A DNA stretch of 63,945 nt, the filler included, from Asterionella formosa (taxonomy: Eukaryota): assembly GCA_002256025.1 (NCBI GenBank). It is 29 parts of 29 records of this genome, joined end to end, with 100 filler letters (N's around TTAATTAATTAA, not from the genome) between each part and the next. Parts side by side here need not be neighbours in the genome. Positions count along the whole stretch, not along the records: positions 35,382 to 37,489 come from NKIB01000415.1; positions 37,590 to 39,696 come from NKIB01000416.1; positions 39,797 to 41,902 come from NKIB01000418.1; positions 42,003 to 44,108 come from NKIB01000419.1; positions 44,209 to 46,312 come from NKIB01000420.1; positions 46,413 to 48,517 come from NKIB01000421.1; 23 more parts are not named here. One strand, 5' to 3'. A program made the translations under genes and the position numbers. The notes beneath the pieces were generated by a model. The model was not told the origin of the DNA. It worked only from the letters and a program-made list of their open reading frames with translations, and made no database searches. The first letter of the stretch is position 1; each line of letters starts with the position of its first letter. Shown one piece after another: positions 36,075 to 48,617 of the stretch.

Positions 36075-36536
36075 GGTACTTTAAGTCTTCTGTGATTGTG
36101 TGTTGGAAAAAATTTGGGTTTCTTGCATGCTCTTGAGAAATTGAAATAACTCCACCTGCTGCAGTATACTGAGGGAATTGATCTTTCAACCATTGAATTA
36201 TTACCTTCAATCTGTTGCGGTGTTCCTGTTTTGTTTTCAGCTTTTGCCTTTTATCTTCTGTCTCTTGAATTTGACCCAGTGCTCATCATGGACATCAATA
36301 TTGCCTCTTATTATTACAACAGGTTCATCTGTCCCTTTAGAACAAAATGCAGGATGTCCACAGCCTCCAGGCATTCTTGTTGTCAAAAGCACAAGTTGTT
36401 GTGAAGAATAAGTTGTTGTGGTATGGTGATTGTGACTTTCCTCTTTGTATGAGTGATGAAGGAGTCAGAACAATAATTTACACTGGTGACTACAGTACAT
36501 AACACCCGTACCGTACATGCCTATAACTCCTGCACG

Positions 36537-37090
36537 GTATGGTACCCTGGTACCAGGTGAGTACCCCTTTTACCAGGTACCGGAGTACAGGTATACTACC
36601 TGGAAACCAGGTACCAGGGTTTAGGGGAGTTGGCACTGATACATTTGTACCTATACCAGCATACCGGTACCCTGGTACCTGGTACCTGGTACTACCGGTA
36701 GTTGATCGAGTCGGGAATTGAAAACGGCCGCTGGCTGGTGGTGTAGAATATCAAATACCTCCTACCTGGTACCTGGTACTGCGCTAATGACATTGTACGT
36801 CCACAAAGCACACCCCGATAGTTGAAGTGGAAAGTATACACTTGAGTGTTTTTACTTTGTACGGCTACCTGAGGAGCATCGTTGAACCTGGTACCAGGCA
36901 CCCCTGGTACGTGAGAGGAATTGAGTAGAGTCTAAAAGTATACAAAAAGTGTAGACTAACCACCAGATAACTGCCGTTTAGTGCATACTATTTGCGGGTA
37001 TGTACCAGGAGTACCTGATGGTCCCTTCATGTTGCGGTCGGGAATTTGCTTACATATGATTGCTTCCTGAAAGTCGTACCTGGTACCGGA
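36537..37090. repeat. Densest GGTACC/CCWGG palindromic array in the window
   Basis: More than ten ggtacc/taccagg/cctggta units, e.g. ataccggtaccctggtacctggtacctggtactaccggta. Confidence 0.85.
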
Positions 37091-37589
37091 AGTCGTTGGC
37101 TACAGAGAGTCATAGTCTTTCACTGTTCTTTTGGTTTTTTTCTGTTGGTGATGCCGCTTGGATGCCACGCTGGTGACCCTTTCAGGAAAATGACCATATT
37201 TATACCAGGTGCCTAAGACCTACGATATTCCCTGATGGTCCGTGAATGCATACAGTAAGAGCCACGTATCGACCAAATACTAAGATAAAGCCACACCCAG
37301 ATGAAAAAAAAAACACGTCACTTGGTCGAGAATTTTTTGATCAAATAGTCGAAATTTTCATTTTTTTTCCCACCGCATCGACCAAATCCTAAAATAGTCA
37401 AATCTCGCGCCCAAAATTTTAGCAAATAGAAATAGAGCAATATTGTCATTAAATGTGTATTGTTGATGTAGCGGTACATCCTGCATAGCNNNNNNNNNNN
37501 NNNNNNNNNNNNNNNNNNNNNNNNNNNNNNNNNTTAATTAATTAANNNNNNNNNNNNNNNNNNNNNNNNNNNNNNNNNNNNNNNNNNNN

Positions 37590-38631
37590 GCCACGCACTA
37601 CAGCATCCATTATCGAGTCCATTCTGGACTTTGTTCAACAGCAAGCATGATGATGCTCTGATTACCTTGTGTGGGTTTGACCATGCTTCTTTCGAGCTCC
37701 TACACCAGCTGTTCAAACCTTGTTTTTATTCCTTCACTCCCTGTAGGAAAAATACGGATTTCATTGTTAGAAATTCAACAACAAAGAAAGGTCGGCAACG
37801 ATACCTCTGTTCCATCAGTTGTCTAGCGCTTGGGTTAGCATGGACCAGGACTCGTGGTTCCTATATGATTCTTCAGATTATTTTCAGATTAACTCATGTT
37901 TCTTTGAGTGTTTGGTTGAGGATTTCAAGGCAAATGATTGTAAAAGTACTGCTGACACATGAAGATGCCGTTGTGAGACTGCCTACTGCAGACGAAGCCA
38001 GCTTGTTTGCAACCATGATCAATCAGAAATACCCACTTATAACAAGTTTTTGGGGAGCAATGAATGGTCTGAAACTGACCCTGCAACGGGCTGGAAATGA
38101 AACACAGCAGAACAACTTCTACAATGGATGGACCCATGAACACTATGTGACAAGTTTGTTTCTTTTTTCGCCTGATGGAAAGATCCGCTGCTCATATTTC
38201 AATGCACCTGGTGTTCTACATGACTCCACCATGGCAATTTGGTCATCGATCTATGATCAGATTGAAACAGTTTACAGGGATACAGGCAAAAAAGTAGTTG
38301 TGGATTCAGCATTTGCATCTAAAAATCAAATGCAATGTTGAAATCGCATCAAAACAATGTTGATGCAAATGGTAATCCTCGACAAAGATTTGGTATGAAC
38401 CGCCAAGCCACCTCCATCCGACAGCTGTCGGAATGGGAAATGCGATGCCTTCAGGGATCATTTCCGAGAATCAAATACAAATTTCGTTATGAAGAAAAAG
38501 GTGAGAGAAAATTAATTCTCCAAATGATTGTATTGCTCTACAACTTTCGTGCTAGCAAAGTTGGTCAGAACCAAATTGCTTCATTGTATATGCCCTATTT
38601 GCATAGGAATACAAATAGATATGCCATGTAA
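37590..38631 (+). pseudogene. PIF/Harbinger transposase (family 1), frameshifted near 38335
   Basis: LITLCGFDHASF, LAWTRTRG, WGAMNGLKL (first catalytic D changed to N), FYNGWTHEHY, NAPGVLHDS, VVVDSAF, ATSIRQLSEW.M..LQGSFPR. Confidence 0.88.
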
Positions 38632-38705
38632 TTCAAAGAAATTATTCCTTCATGATTATTTAGCACCACTTCTTTCACATTATATTGGAATGAATTAATT
38701 TAAGG

Positions 38706-39696
38706 TTATTCATCATCACTACTACTGCTACCACTGTTGTTTTTTGGTGTTTGACCTTGAGTTGAGGCAGACAAAGTTTGTTGTGCATTGGCACCTGCTG
38801 TCGAGGTTAGATTTTGGCTTTGCATTGTTTGCTGCATTGAAATCATGTTTGAAGCAATAATTGAATTCATAATTGCCTGAGTGGGATTGGCACTGTCAGT
38901 GGAGGTGGTTGTTTGAGATACCCCATGCTGATTCAACAATGATGCCATGATTGACATCATCATCATGTTCATCATGTTCTGTTGCTGCAGTTGTTGCTGC
39001 TGCAGGTTATCAGTATCAGTTCGAGTAGCCTTATGAAGCAACTTTGTCGAAAGAAGAGAAAGCACTTTCTCAACAGGCCCAGTATTGTTTGACACTGCCT
39101 TATCTCTAAATCGAGGGGACACCATAGGTCAAGGAAATCTTGAACCAGAAAAATTAGCATAAGCAGCAGATGTTGCTCCACCATTGTCTTCACTCTCCCC
39201 AGAAATCGCTATAAAATCATCATCAACATTTGGCTCATCAATATTGGGCTCATTGGGCTCTCTCTCTCTATTCCAAGATCAGTGGATTCAATCTCAGCAC
39301 TTGCATCTGCTCGTTGCTCGATTCTTCAGATTATTTTGTTTGGTGGCATATCTCACCTCAGCAGGGCATGTTGGGTCCCCAGTTGGTTTCTTAACTTTGT
39401 GCAGTTGTGAAAACTTTCGGCGAAGTGAAGGTCCTGTCCGTTCTTTGTCTGGGAAATTCTCGTTGTGCTGTGATGCAACAACTTCCCATTCATGGGACCC
39501 AATTGGCAGGTGAGTAGAAATGGTTTCCAGCAATGAGAGAATCTCATTGATCCTGAAATGTTGACCCCGACTCTGCATGCTTCGGCGAGCTCTTGGAAAC
39601 ATTGGTGCTCGCCTGGCAGTTGCCGTTCTTGAAACTGAACTAGTAGGAGCACGTGAAAAATCGTTGTTGTTCCTTGATGGGGACTGAGTAACCCCA
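38706..39696 (-). pseudogene. Harbinger partner ORF (Myb/SANT-like DNA-binding protein), convergent with the transposase, disrupted
   Basis: LPIGSHEWEVVASQHNENFP..RTGPSLRRKFSQLHKVKKPTGDPTCPAEVRYA and a Q/M-rich tail; the two-gene layout is typical of PIF/Harbinger. Confidence 0.75.
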
Positions 39697-39796
39697 NNNN
39701 NNNNNNNNNNNNNNNNNNNNNNNNNNNNNNNNNNNNNNNNTTAATTAATTAANNNNNNNNNNNNNNNNNNNNNNNNNNNNNNNNNNNNNNNNNNNN

Positions 39797-41450
39797 TGGT
39801 ATCTGAGTTGGGCGACTGCGGCAGATAAGCCGGAGCTCTGCACTTTGGACAATAGCTCGTCTACTTTCGCTCTTTCGGACAAAGGCTCGTTCTCTTCTTC
39901 GAAGATCGTGAACATACGTTGTAGTGAGTCCAAGAACTTGTTAAAAGGTAACGCACGCTCTGTCTTATAGTGGAGGGACGATTGAATCTTCTTGGCGTCA
40001 GCAATCCTACGTGTGGAATTTCCTTTGCCAGCATAGTGCCGCCTCAATGCGACCATGTCCCTACGACCGTCCTGATAACGAGAGATGGAACGAATCCAAT
40101 TTTCTGTCTGTTCGCCCTGTAGAAAACCAAGTAACAGTGTATGCACACGTCTCGCATCCGCAATGTAATACTGACCGTTAAGGGGGGCACGATGGATCAT
40201 GCGCTCGTTGAATGAGCCATAATCGGCCTCAGCTTCGGGATCCTCCGCTTCTCTTACCACATAAGACAACGGTATGCCGCTAACGCCGGGAATGACAGCC
40301 AAGTAGTTGATAAAGGCCTTTTCCCACTCAGGCCACTTCCTCTCATCTTTGAATTTTCCCGGATCGGCAGCCTTGGAATTAGTAGCCACGAGATCTATGT
40401 CGGACTTCCTGATCTGCGCAAGGCTCAACGATTGATATAGAATCTCAACATTGAAATCGTTGTGGTCCGGAACGTCGTTAACTCGATGACAATCCTGGAC
40501 CCAATGCATAACGCCTGTCAATTTCTTTGTGCGTCCAAGTCCAAAAACAATCTTACCGTTTGCCACGCTACGCTTCGCAAATTCGTCCGCCATGTCACAA
40601 ATGTCCTTTTCTACTAGATACTAACGGAAGTCCTCAAACTCGCTAATACCTGCTGCCATGATGTTCATACGTTCGACAGCGACCTCAAAACCGATTGACA
40701 ACAGAACGTGGGCGACTCCGACCAAGTTATTCGCCATGATAATGAGTGGATTTGCTGGGAAAAGAGAATGATAGTAATTCGCAAACGCAAACGCATGCCG
40801 TCAGTGGATTCCCGCTGTGACGATTTTCGCAAACGCAAATGCGTGTCGTCAGTGGATTCCCGCTGTAACGAATAGTACTTGTGTGCAGGCAGCACAGTTA
40901 CGCCAATGCCGTCGTTGAGTGATCAGTTCAACTCCGGCCACAATCGCTATCGCTCGCTGGTCGTCTGCGGATACCCGTCGGTACGACTCGAGTGCACACG
41001 GTCACCGACGCCTGCGAATGATCGTCATCATCCAAATTCGGTACGCACACGTGACACTACATACTGAATATGAAAAATTCGTTACGAACACGTACTGCCA
41101 GACGCCTTGTCTCGATGGTTCGAATTCGACGCTCTATTCGCTCGCACTGTACGCTCTTCTCCGATTCAAAGATAACTCAAGTGGTAATCGATAGAGCGGT
41201 GGGTCTGATAAACCGAATAAATACGCTAGTGTTGTCGGCAGAACAACTTACATGGTGCACAAGGAAAGAAAGATAAAGGTTGAAAACATAGACTTAAAGA
41301 TATATAAACCTACGCCGTTCTAGCGCATTTGCTGCTCCAAGCCTGCACGCTGTACTATCGCTAAAACACTCTAACGACTAGTTAGTCCCCTGTACCGTAT
41401 GACACGGTACATTCATCCACGCGCCCATACTGCACTGCAATATTCGTTCA
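39797..41450 (-). mobile_element. Diatom Copia (CoDi-like) 5' end: LTR ~41205-41450, leader, and gag from 40737 (one in-frame TAG at 40621-40623)
   Basis: PGKFKDERKWPEWEKAFINYLAVIPGVSGIPLSYVVR...DGRRDMVALRRHYAG...LHYKTERALPF; minus strand begins TGAACGAATA with partial inverted TATTCG near 41214-41219; 48-bp tandem duplication in the leader (40777-40871). Confidence 0.85.
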
Positions 41451-41451
41451 G

Positions 41452-41604
41452 TATTTGTTAAATTTTATGTATAACTCGTTTCCTAAGTTGACATGAAAGT
41501 ATACAATAGGTGTTAGCCGAGTTCTCTCATTATTGAGTTCTGATATATTTGATATAACCCTAGCCCTATATACATCTGTATGTATTGATGTGTAGGATCG
41601 CTCA
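41452..41604 (-). mobile_element. Gypsy-family LTR copy lacking its last ~6 nt, abutting the Copia LTR
   Basis: Aligns to 32363-32517 and 60324-60480 (aaagtatacaat..gttag.cgagttctctcattat...gatcgctca). Confidence 0.85.
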
Positions 41605-42002
41605 CTATCCCAGACTTAAAAGGTTGCTGCATTTGAACCCCTAGCTCGAGGTAGGGTTTTGTAAAATAATATTGAGTCAGACTAATCAAACACATACTCT
41701 CCACAAATAAATCAAATATGTTTAACGCTCAATGGAGCTTTCACCAATACACACCCTTTCCATATGCTTACATAGAGTCTTCGGACAAAGTAGGGATGTA
41801 GGTCCACTCTATATATTGTCAGCATATAGGATCTGGTCAGAAACTGCAGAAAGGATCTTCGGTTTTTTAACCTTGCTAAAAAGAATCGAAAATTCGGGGG
41901 AANNNNNNNNNNNNNNNNNNNNNNNNNNNNNNNNNNNNNNNNNNNNTTAATTAATTAANNNNNNNNNNNNNNNNNNNNNNNNNNNNNNNNNNNNNNNNNN
42001 NN

Positions 42003-42440
42003 GTAGAGCAATACAATCATTTGGAGAATTAATTTTCTCTCACCTTTTTCTTCATAACGAAATTTGTCTTTGATTCTCGGAAATGATCCCTGAAGGCATC
42101 GCATTCCCCATTCCGACAGCTGTCGGATGAAGGTGGCTTGGCGATTCATACCAAATCTTTGTGTCGAGGATTACCATTTGCATCAACATTGTTTTGATGT
42201 GATTTCAACATTGCATTTGATTTTTTAGATGCAAATGCTGAATTCACAACTACTTTTTGCCTGTATCCCTGTAAACTGTTTCAATCTGATCATAGATCGA
42301 TGACCAAATTGCCATGGTTGAGTCATGTAGAACACCAGGTGCATTGAAATATGAGCAGCGAATTTTTCCATCAGGCGAAAAAAGAAACAAGTTTGTTACA
42401 TAGTGTTCATGGATCCATCCATTGTAGAAGTTGTTCTGAT
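42003..42440 (-). pseudogene. Second copy of the Harbinger family-1 transposase fragment
   Basis: Near-identical reverse complement of ~38107-38540. Confidence 0.92.
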
Positions 42441-43079
42441 ATATAGAACGCATGCATATAATGAACAAGAGGCGGCATAGCATACAAGAGGATGCATCGA
42501 TATGAAAATTTAACTGTTGAAAATTAAAGTTAAAAATATATATAATGTCAGAGAAGGAATCTAAAATATCTCTATTATCAGAGCGCAAGGACGATATTAT
42601 GTAGCAGATCACCAGAATAATTTGTGTTATAATACACACATGATATAATAATTTTTTATTATCAGAGCGCGCCCACTTTTTGCATGGATGATATATTAAT
42701 AATAATAGACATTATACATCGCTAAATGTACCAGTATATATACCGACGATTATGTTTCTTACATACTAAAACCCGGCGGCTTGGCAAATATTTGAAAGTG
42801 CACTCAACAAGTGGTACCAGGTAACACACATATGATGTCGAATGATGATCATTTACTGGTACCCGTAGTAGTTATAATATCAGTTATAAATGGCTTTGAG
42901 CTACATTATTATTTTGTTTTCCAACTAATTCTAGAATTATGCTAAGATCAATCCCCTGTTTTGCCCTTTGGAACGATAATAGTTAGGTCATCAAGCTACA
43001 TGAGAATTCAATCTTTTTTTAACTTGAACATATGTTAACTGAGATCTATCAATTTTAAAAGTGACAAAACCGGTTGAAG

Positions 43080-43990
43080 TGGCTCACAGCCATTGATTAA
43101 AATTTTACCATACATGCAGTTATATTTATAGGCGACGGTTAGAAAATAATTTATCATTTGCATGTTTTTTCTCAGTAGTTGCATCGTTCTAATACTGGTG
43201 GTGTTCCCATCATTTTATCTTGTCGGTTCCATCAAAGACTCTTCGCATCTTCCGCAGTCATCATCATTGCATCGCTCGCTCTTAGATCTTTTCATGAAAT
43301 AGGAGCATTCAAAGGTTGAGGAAGTGGCGCCCTTGCAGTTGCGACTGGTACTGCAGTGTCGCAACACATCATGGTGTCATGGTACCTGTTAAGTAGAAGT
43401 TGCTTCGTTGTTGGTAATAGAACATCGCCTGCTCACTTGTACCATGTTGCCATTGTTTTCGTTTACGCCACTGTCAAATCTGCTGGCTAGTTGTTTAGAG
43501 TTCTGATCGCATGAACCTTGTTATTTTCTTATTCTCTCCCTCACTCTGCACTTCTTATGCATGCCTCTTCCTTTTCAGCTAGTCATCAACCACTTCAGGA
43601 ACCGACAAGTACCTGCCTGCAGCAACATGACGACCGGCTGTGTATTGTTTATTGCTTGCAATCGCCCTTAGTGATGTTTCTTTTCGTTGGCAGGCAAGTT
43701 TGTCCAGATTTATTTCGTTTTCTAGCATCCTCATGATTGCGATACTGTACAATCTGATCAACAAGTGTTCCAGTGATGCCTTGGATCAAGTTTAGTCTGG
43801 ATGAAGGAATGAAAGAGGTGGGTTGATTATTGTTTGTATCTGTTTGCAGTTTTGATGTACTTGTCAGTTGAATTTCCGGATGGAAAAACAAGTTGTAGTT
43901 CAATGGAACCCAACCTTGTTCAGCAACAGATTTTGGGTTTGTTACAATATAAGCAAATCATTCATCCCATGCTTTTGACACCGTCTGCAA
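43080..43990 (-). pseudogene. pogo-like transposase C-terminal remnant and 3' region
   Basis: SKAWDE*FA...EQGWVPLNYNLFFHPEIQLT...LNLIQGITGTLVDQIV...YTAGRHVAAG; homologous to 1170-1300. Confidence 0.7.
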
Positions 43991-44208
43991 ATAAAAACCA
44001 TCATATTCCTATGATGCATCATAGGATGATTATGATCATCTGATCATAATTTTTCGTTATATCATCTAATAATTTTGATAAATGCCCTTGTAATTTTAAT
44101 AGTAACCCNNNNNNNNNNNNNNNNNNNNNNNNNNNNNNNNNNNNNNNNNNNNTTAATTAATTAANNNNNNNNNNNNNNNNNNNNNNNNNNNNNNNNNNNN
44201 NNNNNNNN

Positions 44209-45003
44209 GGTTGCAAAACGAAAATAACTGCTAACGAAAGAATCGGAGTGATGCTTATTGCCTGTGTTGTCATGGCATGTGATGCTGGAATCAAAATCTG
44301 CCGAGAAGAAAGTGGTATGACCAATCAAGAAATTCGAAACTTTCAAGGTCTATTCGAAGGGATGCTCTGCTACAATGCCTGGTTTAGTAAAGAGAGTTTT
44401 GATGTGGGAAATTTACCACAGGAACACCAAAGCGTTGTCAACTATTTTACTAAGCTGGTAAAAGAATGCCCGAGAACAACAACCTCTCAGGGATGGAAGC
44501 TTGCGAAGTTTCATCAACAGATGCATACTGTAAGAAACATTCATCGTTTCGGAAGTCCACAGGTTTTTAATGGAGGCCCAATGGAAAAGAATCTTAAATT
44601 CTTGTGTAAATTACCAGCCAGGACTTCCCAGAAACGCAAAGATGTCATGGATATTCAAAGTGGGGCGAGAATGGTAGAGAACATGGTGATCGGAACCGCT
44701 TGTAGTCAGTTTCTTGGCGAAGATATTGGAGATTTACAATATAAATTGAAAGCTGTCCCAGTTGACGTTGGAATTGTGAAATCCAAAACAGGAGGTACTC
44801 GATATTCTCTTCTGATTGAAGAAGATGAAAATGGTGAATTTGAGATTGCCAGGGTTTCATCATCATCAAGTAGCATCTGCAAAACTGGGGTTGACCGAGA
44901 TCTGGTGCGAGTTCTAGGCGACCAACTCCTTCCTTTCATTTTATCCATGGAAATTGAAGTGATGTGCGACCACACTCGTAGTGACAAAGTTTATCACAGG
45001 TGA
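44209..45003 (+). mobile_element. Plavaka/CACTA-like transposase fragment, diverged relative of 29440-30669
   Basis: WKLAKFHQQMHTVRNIHRFGSPQVFNGGPMEKNLKFLCKLPARTSQKR; homology stops after EVMCDHTR. Confidence 0.8.
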
Positions 45004-46312
45004 TATTGAACTTGATGAAAGGGGACCAACTAGTCTGGCACTCTCATTTCGTGCTCACTTCCCAAGTCTATTCATGGGAACCGATAAGGACTTCGAGTCA
45101 ATTTGGCAGACATATAAGAATGATATTAATAAAGTGATGTCTGAGAAAAGAAATGTCGTTGTTACCACTCTCAAACATGCCTTTGCCAGTAAGTAAACAA
45201 CTTGACTTGGTGGTATGCCTGATTTGTTCTTGACTTGGTTAACATACTCATTGTTTACTACTTACAAAACATTCGATTCCAATCTACAAAACTTCAGGAC
45301 TTTTTCGTGATGGTATGCACATTCATCTGAATAAGCATACCATCTCCAACAGCCGTTCTGTTTCTTTCAGGAGACAGGTGATGGAGAAGGAACCAAGAAT
45401 CATCCTTTCTTCCTTCTAGTTGAGTACTTTTATTCCAGGGTTGGGCGAAAGCTGTCTTGGAAACGACAGTGTGCTAAGAAGCATGTCAGTGACATTGTTA
45501 GTGTTTCTGACGAGGTTTTTTCATTGTTGGTCTTGGAGAATTGTTGGGATGTCTGGTTGCATAAGGCAATGATGAAAGGTCATGAAGATGATACTCCTGC
45601 ACCAAAATACGTTTATACCGGTACTGGAGGACAGGGAAAGAGATATGGTGGCTGGGACGCAAAGGGATATGCCAGGTTCAACAGCCTGTATGACATAGTT
45701 GTTCATCAAAGGACAACTGCCATGAGCAGGCAGTTGGAGATCAGTTTTAAGTCCAATCTTCTTGTTTTGGCTGGAGTTCCACAAGGTTAGTCACTTCGGG
45801 GAAGTGAACAAAGTGGAATTGTTGAAATGATGTTCATTGAAAATATTGACTAACTGATGGAAATTTTCATTGAAGTTACGCCAGGGAACAACAGTGTGCC
45901 TGCCATTAGAGTTCGGAATGATCTAGTGGCCATTTCTCTTCCAGTAAGCACAACTCCGGCATCTTCCATCAGTGGATTGACTCCACAAGTTATTTCAGGA
46001 AGAACTTCAAGGATAACAACTGGTAGTACTAAGAGTGCTAAGAGTTCAAAGAGTACAAAGAGTTTGAACGTGATTATTCACTTTCCCCCAGACCAAGTCA
46101 AGGGTGCCACAGATTGGTACTTCCAAGAGATGAAGAAAAAGATGTATGTGGAGCTTCGGATGAAGAAAAAGAGTGAAATTTATAGGGCTTGTATTGATCA
46201 GAACATTGCACCCCCAGACCTTTTTGGAGATGAAATTAAAGAAGGGATGATGAATGACGAGAGCTACATTAAAAAGTTCGAGGAGGTTGCAGCAAAGGGC
46301 GAGAAGAAATAC
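44981..46312 (+). pseudogene. Fragments of a probable accessory ORF of Plavaka/CACTA-like elements
   Basis: VSVSDEVFSLLVLENCW...PKYVYTG...RYGGWDAKGYARFNSLYDIVVHQR; probable intron ~45189-45298; a further ORF from 45857. The association with the element is inference. Confidence 0.5.
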
Positions 46313-46412
46313 NNNNNNNNNNNNNNNNNNNNNNNNNNNNNNNNNNNNNNNNNNNNTTAATTAATTAANNNNNNNNNNNNNNNNNNNNNNNNNNNNNNNN
46401 NNNNNNNNNNNN

Positions 46413-47416
46413 TTTTTTTTCAGAACACACCATTTTGTCTGAAGAAGACCAAATGCCATTTCTATTCTTATCCTTAGCTGTGAAAGGAAAAAGTTAAATG
46501 TATCCTGTGTTGGATCATCACGTTGTGAGCCAACAAAGGGAACAAGCATTACATCAGACAATGTGTAAGCTGCATCGCCGACCAGATAAAAACCTGTGTT
46601 GAATGCTGCAACTTGATCGAAAATGGAAGTTTTTTCAAAAGCTACTTGGTCACTGCATTTTCCCGGTGCAATTACACCAAAATAAATAAATCTTGAGTCA
46701 GCATCACAAACAGCCTGGACATTGATTCCATAAGTCATGTAGTGACCGGAAAAAAATGAACCAGGGTTGTTGCCACTTTCAACTATAGTCGGGCGGTTGA
46801 TGGTGGCAAGGAAGCCGTCAATAGCACCAACACATCCTCTCATCACGCCCTCTGAGCTTTTGCATTCAAAGCTGGAAGCCAATTTGATAAATTCTTCTTT
46901 TTCTTTTGGAAAAATAATTTCGAGTTCTTCACAGTTTAGTACAGCATCAATGAACAAATCACGACATCGATAAAGTGAAGCAATGCTACAACCGTAGGCA
47001 TGACGAATGTCGATGTAACTGCCACCAGCCAGCCATCGCAAACCAATGGCTACCACAATTTCGGGAATTATGGGCTCAGAAGTGCCACATTTGGAATAAT
47101 TCCCTGCAATCTGAATTTCCAGCATGGAGGTGAGTTTTTTGAATGCTCTGTGTGACATTCTGTATGTCTTCTCGAAAGCAATCTCGTGATTGAGTTTCTC
47201 GACATGTGATTGCCAGGAGATTCTTTCGTGGTGCCACTTGTGCCTTCGTTGTCGTCGTCGTTCAGATGACTGAAGCTGCCGTTTACAGCGTCGCCTTTGT
47301 CGTTTGGATGAGTGTTCTTTTTCCTCTGCTTCCTTAGTTAAATGACAGAGGAAGAAGAAATCAAGATCACTACTGTCATCGTCATTATCATCAAGTAAAT
47401 CAAATGGCGACGACAT
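46413..47416 (-). CDS. PIF/Harbinger (HARBI1-like) transposase, family 2, 3'-truncated, open frame
   Basis: YRMSHRAF, LRWLAGGSY, CVGAIDG, GINVQAVCD, VGDAAY, RIRIEMAFGLL; DDE intact; possible 5' TIR GGGTCGTTCT at ~47710 on the minus strand. Confidence 0.92.
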
Positions 47417-47874
47417 GATTCATGCAAATGTGTGTTTTTAATATTATATTTAGTTTCCCGGTAATTATATTTTGTTGTTGCTTGATATCAAGACCATCAT
47501 TATATTCTGGAGGGATATACACATGATCTTCGCCAGCCTGTTGCCGTTGAAGATTCATTTTACTCCATGATACAATGTGATCACAAATTAGTGATACAGT
47601 GACACTTTTGGAATGAATGAAATTCAGTTCAAATCGAGTTACCGTTGCTGATACATTTTCAAAAAAATTCAAATTCCGTGATACACGAAAAAAAATGATA
47701 AGAACGACCCTGAGGTACCAGGTACCTCGTAATATTTTTCTGCTTCATTCAAGCTTTCAACCAAAGTATGGTCAAAAGAGTGTCCAGATTTGCTGTAGCA
47801 AATTTTAAAGTGTTCAATGTATCATGTGAAGAATTTTCTCATCAATTCTTGGTTTCTGTGGTAGCAGTGCAATG

Positions 47875-48517
47875 TGAAGTTTTCACAATGAATTTTGAAC
47901 GCGAGACTGAATTAGTTGATGTTTCAAATAATTCATTTGAAAGTTCAATTGATTTCGTTCAAACAGTTTGTTTTGATGCCGATGACTATGATAATGGTTG
48001 ACTATGATAATGGTTTATTCCTTGATAGTTTAGTAGATCATGATGCTGCTGCTATTAATGGTCCAATCATTCAGAACTGAGAAATAAACGACATTATAAA
48101 CCCTACCAACTTCCGATTTTTCGCACCAAGTATATCCGTTTCGTCCACTTCAGCATGACAATCTCGCCAATCAACCCGTAAACAAACACATTCTACTTGT
48201 TCTCGTTGAAATTTTCAATTCTCACATGATACTACATCTACAATTTCGATTCAGCATAGAAGGAGATACGAAAATGTGCGTAACAGACTACTGTCCACAT
48301 AGCTATAGTTATAGAATGATTCTGATTAGAACGCATTTCATTTTCATATCGCTCGCTTGTTTCTGCATTTGGCATACTGCACTTGAATTAACTATTGAAC
48401 TGGTCCGCATCTTTGATACCATCAAGAGAGCGAAAGCAAGTGGCTCTTTTCACTGTTGTTTGCTCGTAGGAAGAATTTGATATCTGTATCGTCATTTGCT
48501 TGTTGAAATTGTCCGTT
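47875..48517 (+). repeat. Composite dispersed repeat (copy C) linking the Plavaka fragment to the 1835-2114 sequence
   Basis: Matches 1-460 (reverse complement) and 1835-2114; local duplication of tgactatgataatggt at 47983-48014. Confidence 0.9.
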
Positions 48518-48617
48518 NNNNNNNNNNNNNNNNNNNNNNNNNNNNNNNNNNNNNNNNNNNNTTAATTAATTAANNNNNNNNNNNNNNNNNNNNNNNNNNN
48601 NNNNNNNNNNNNNNNNN

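Noticed and set aside
41192..41214. tRNA gene
   Set aside because: Only an anticodon-arm-like piece with no acceptor or T arm; treated as a possible PBS. No rRNA or tRNA gene was recognised in the window.
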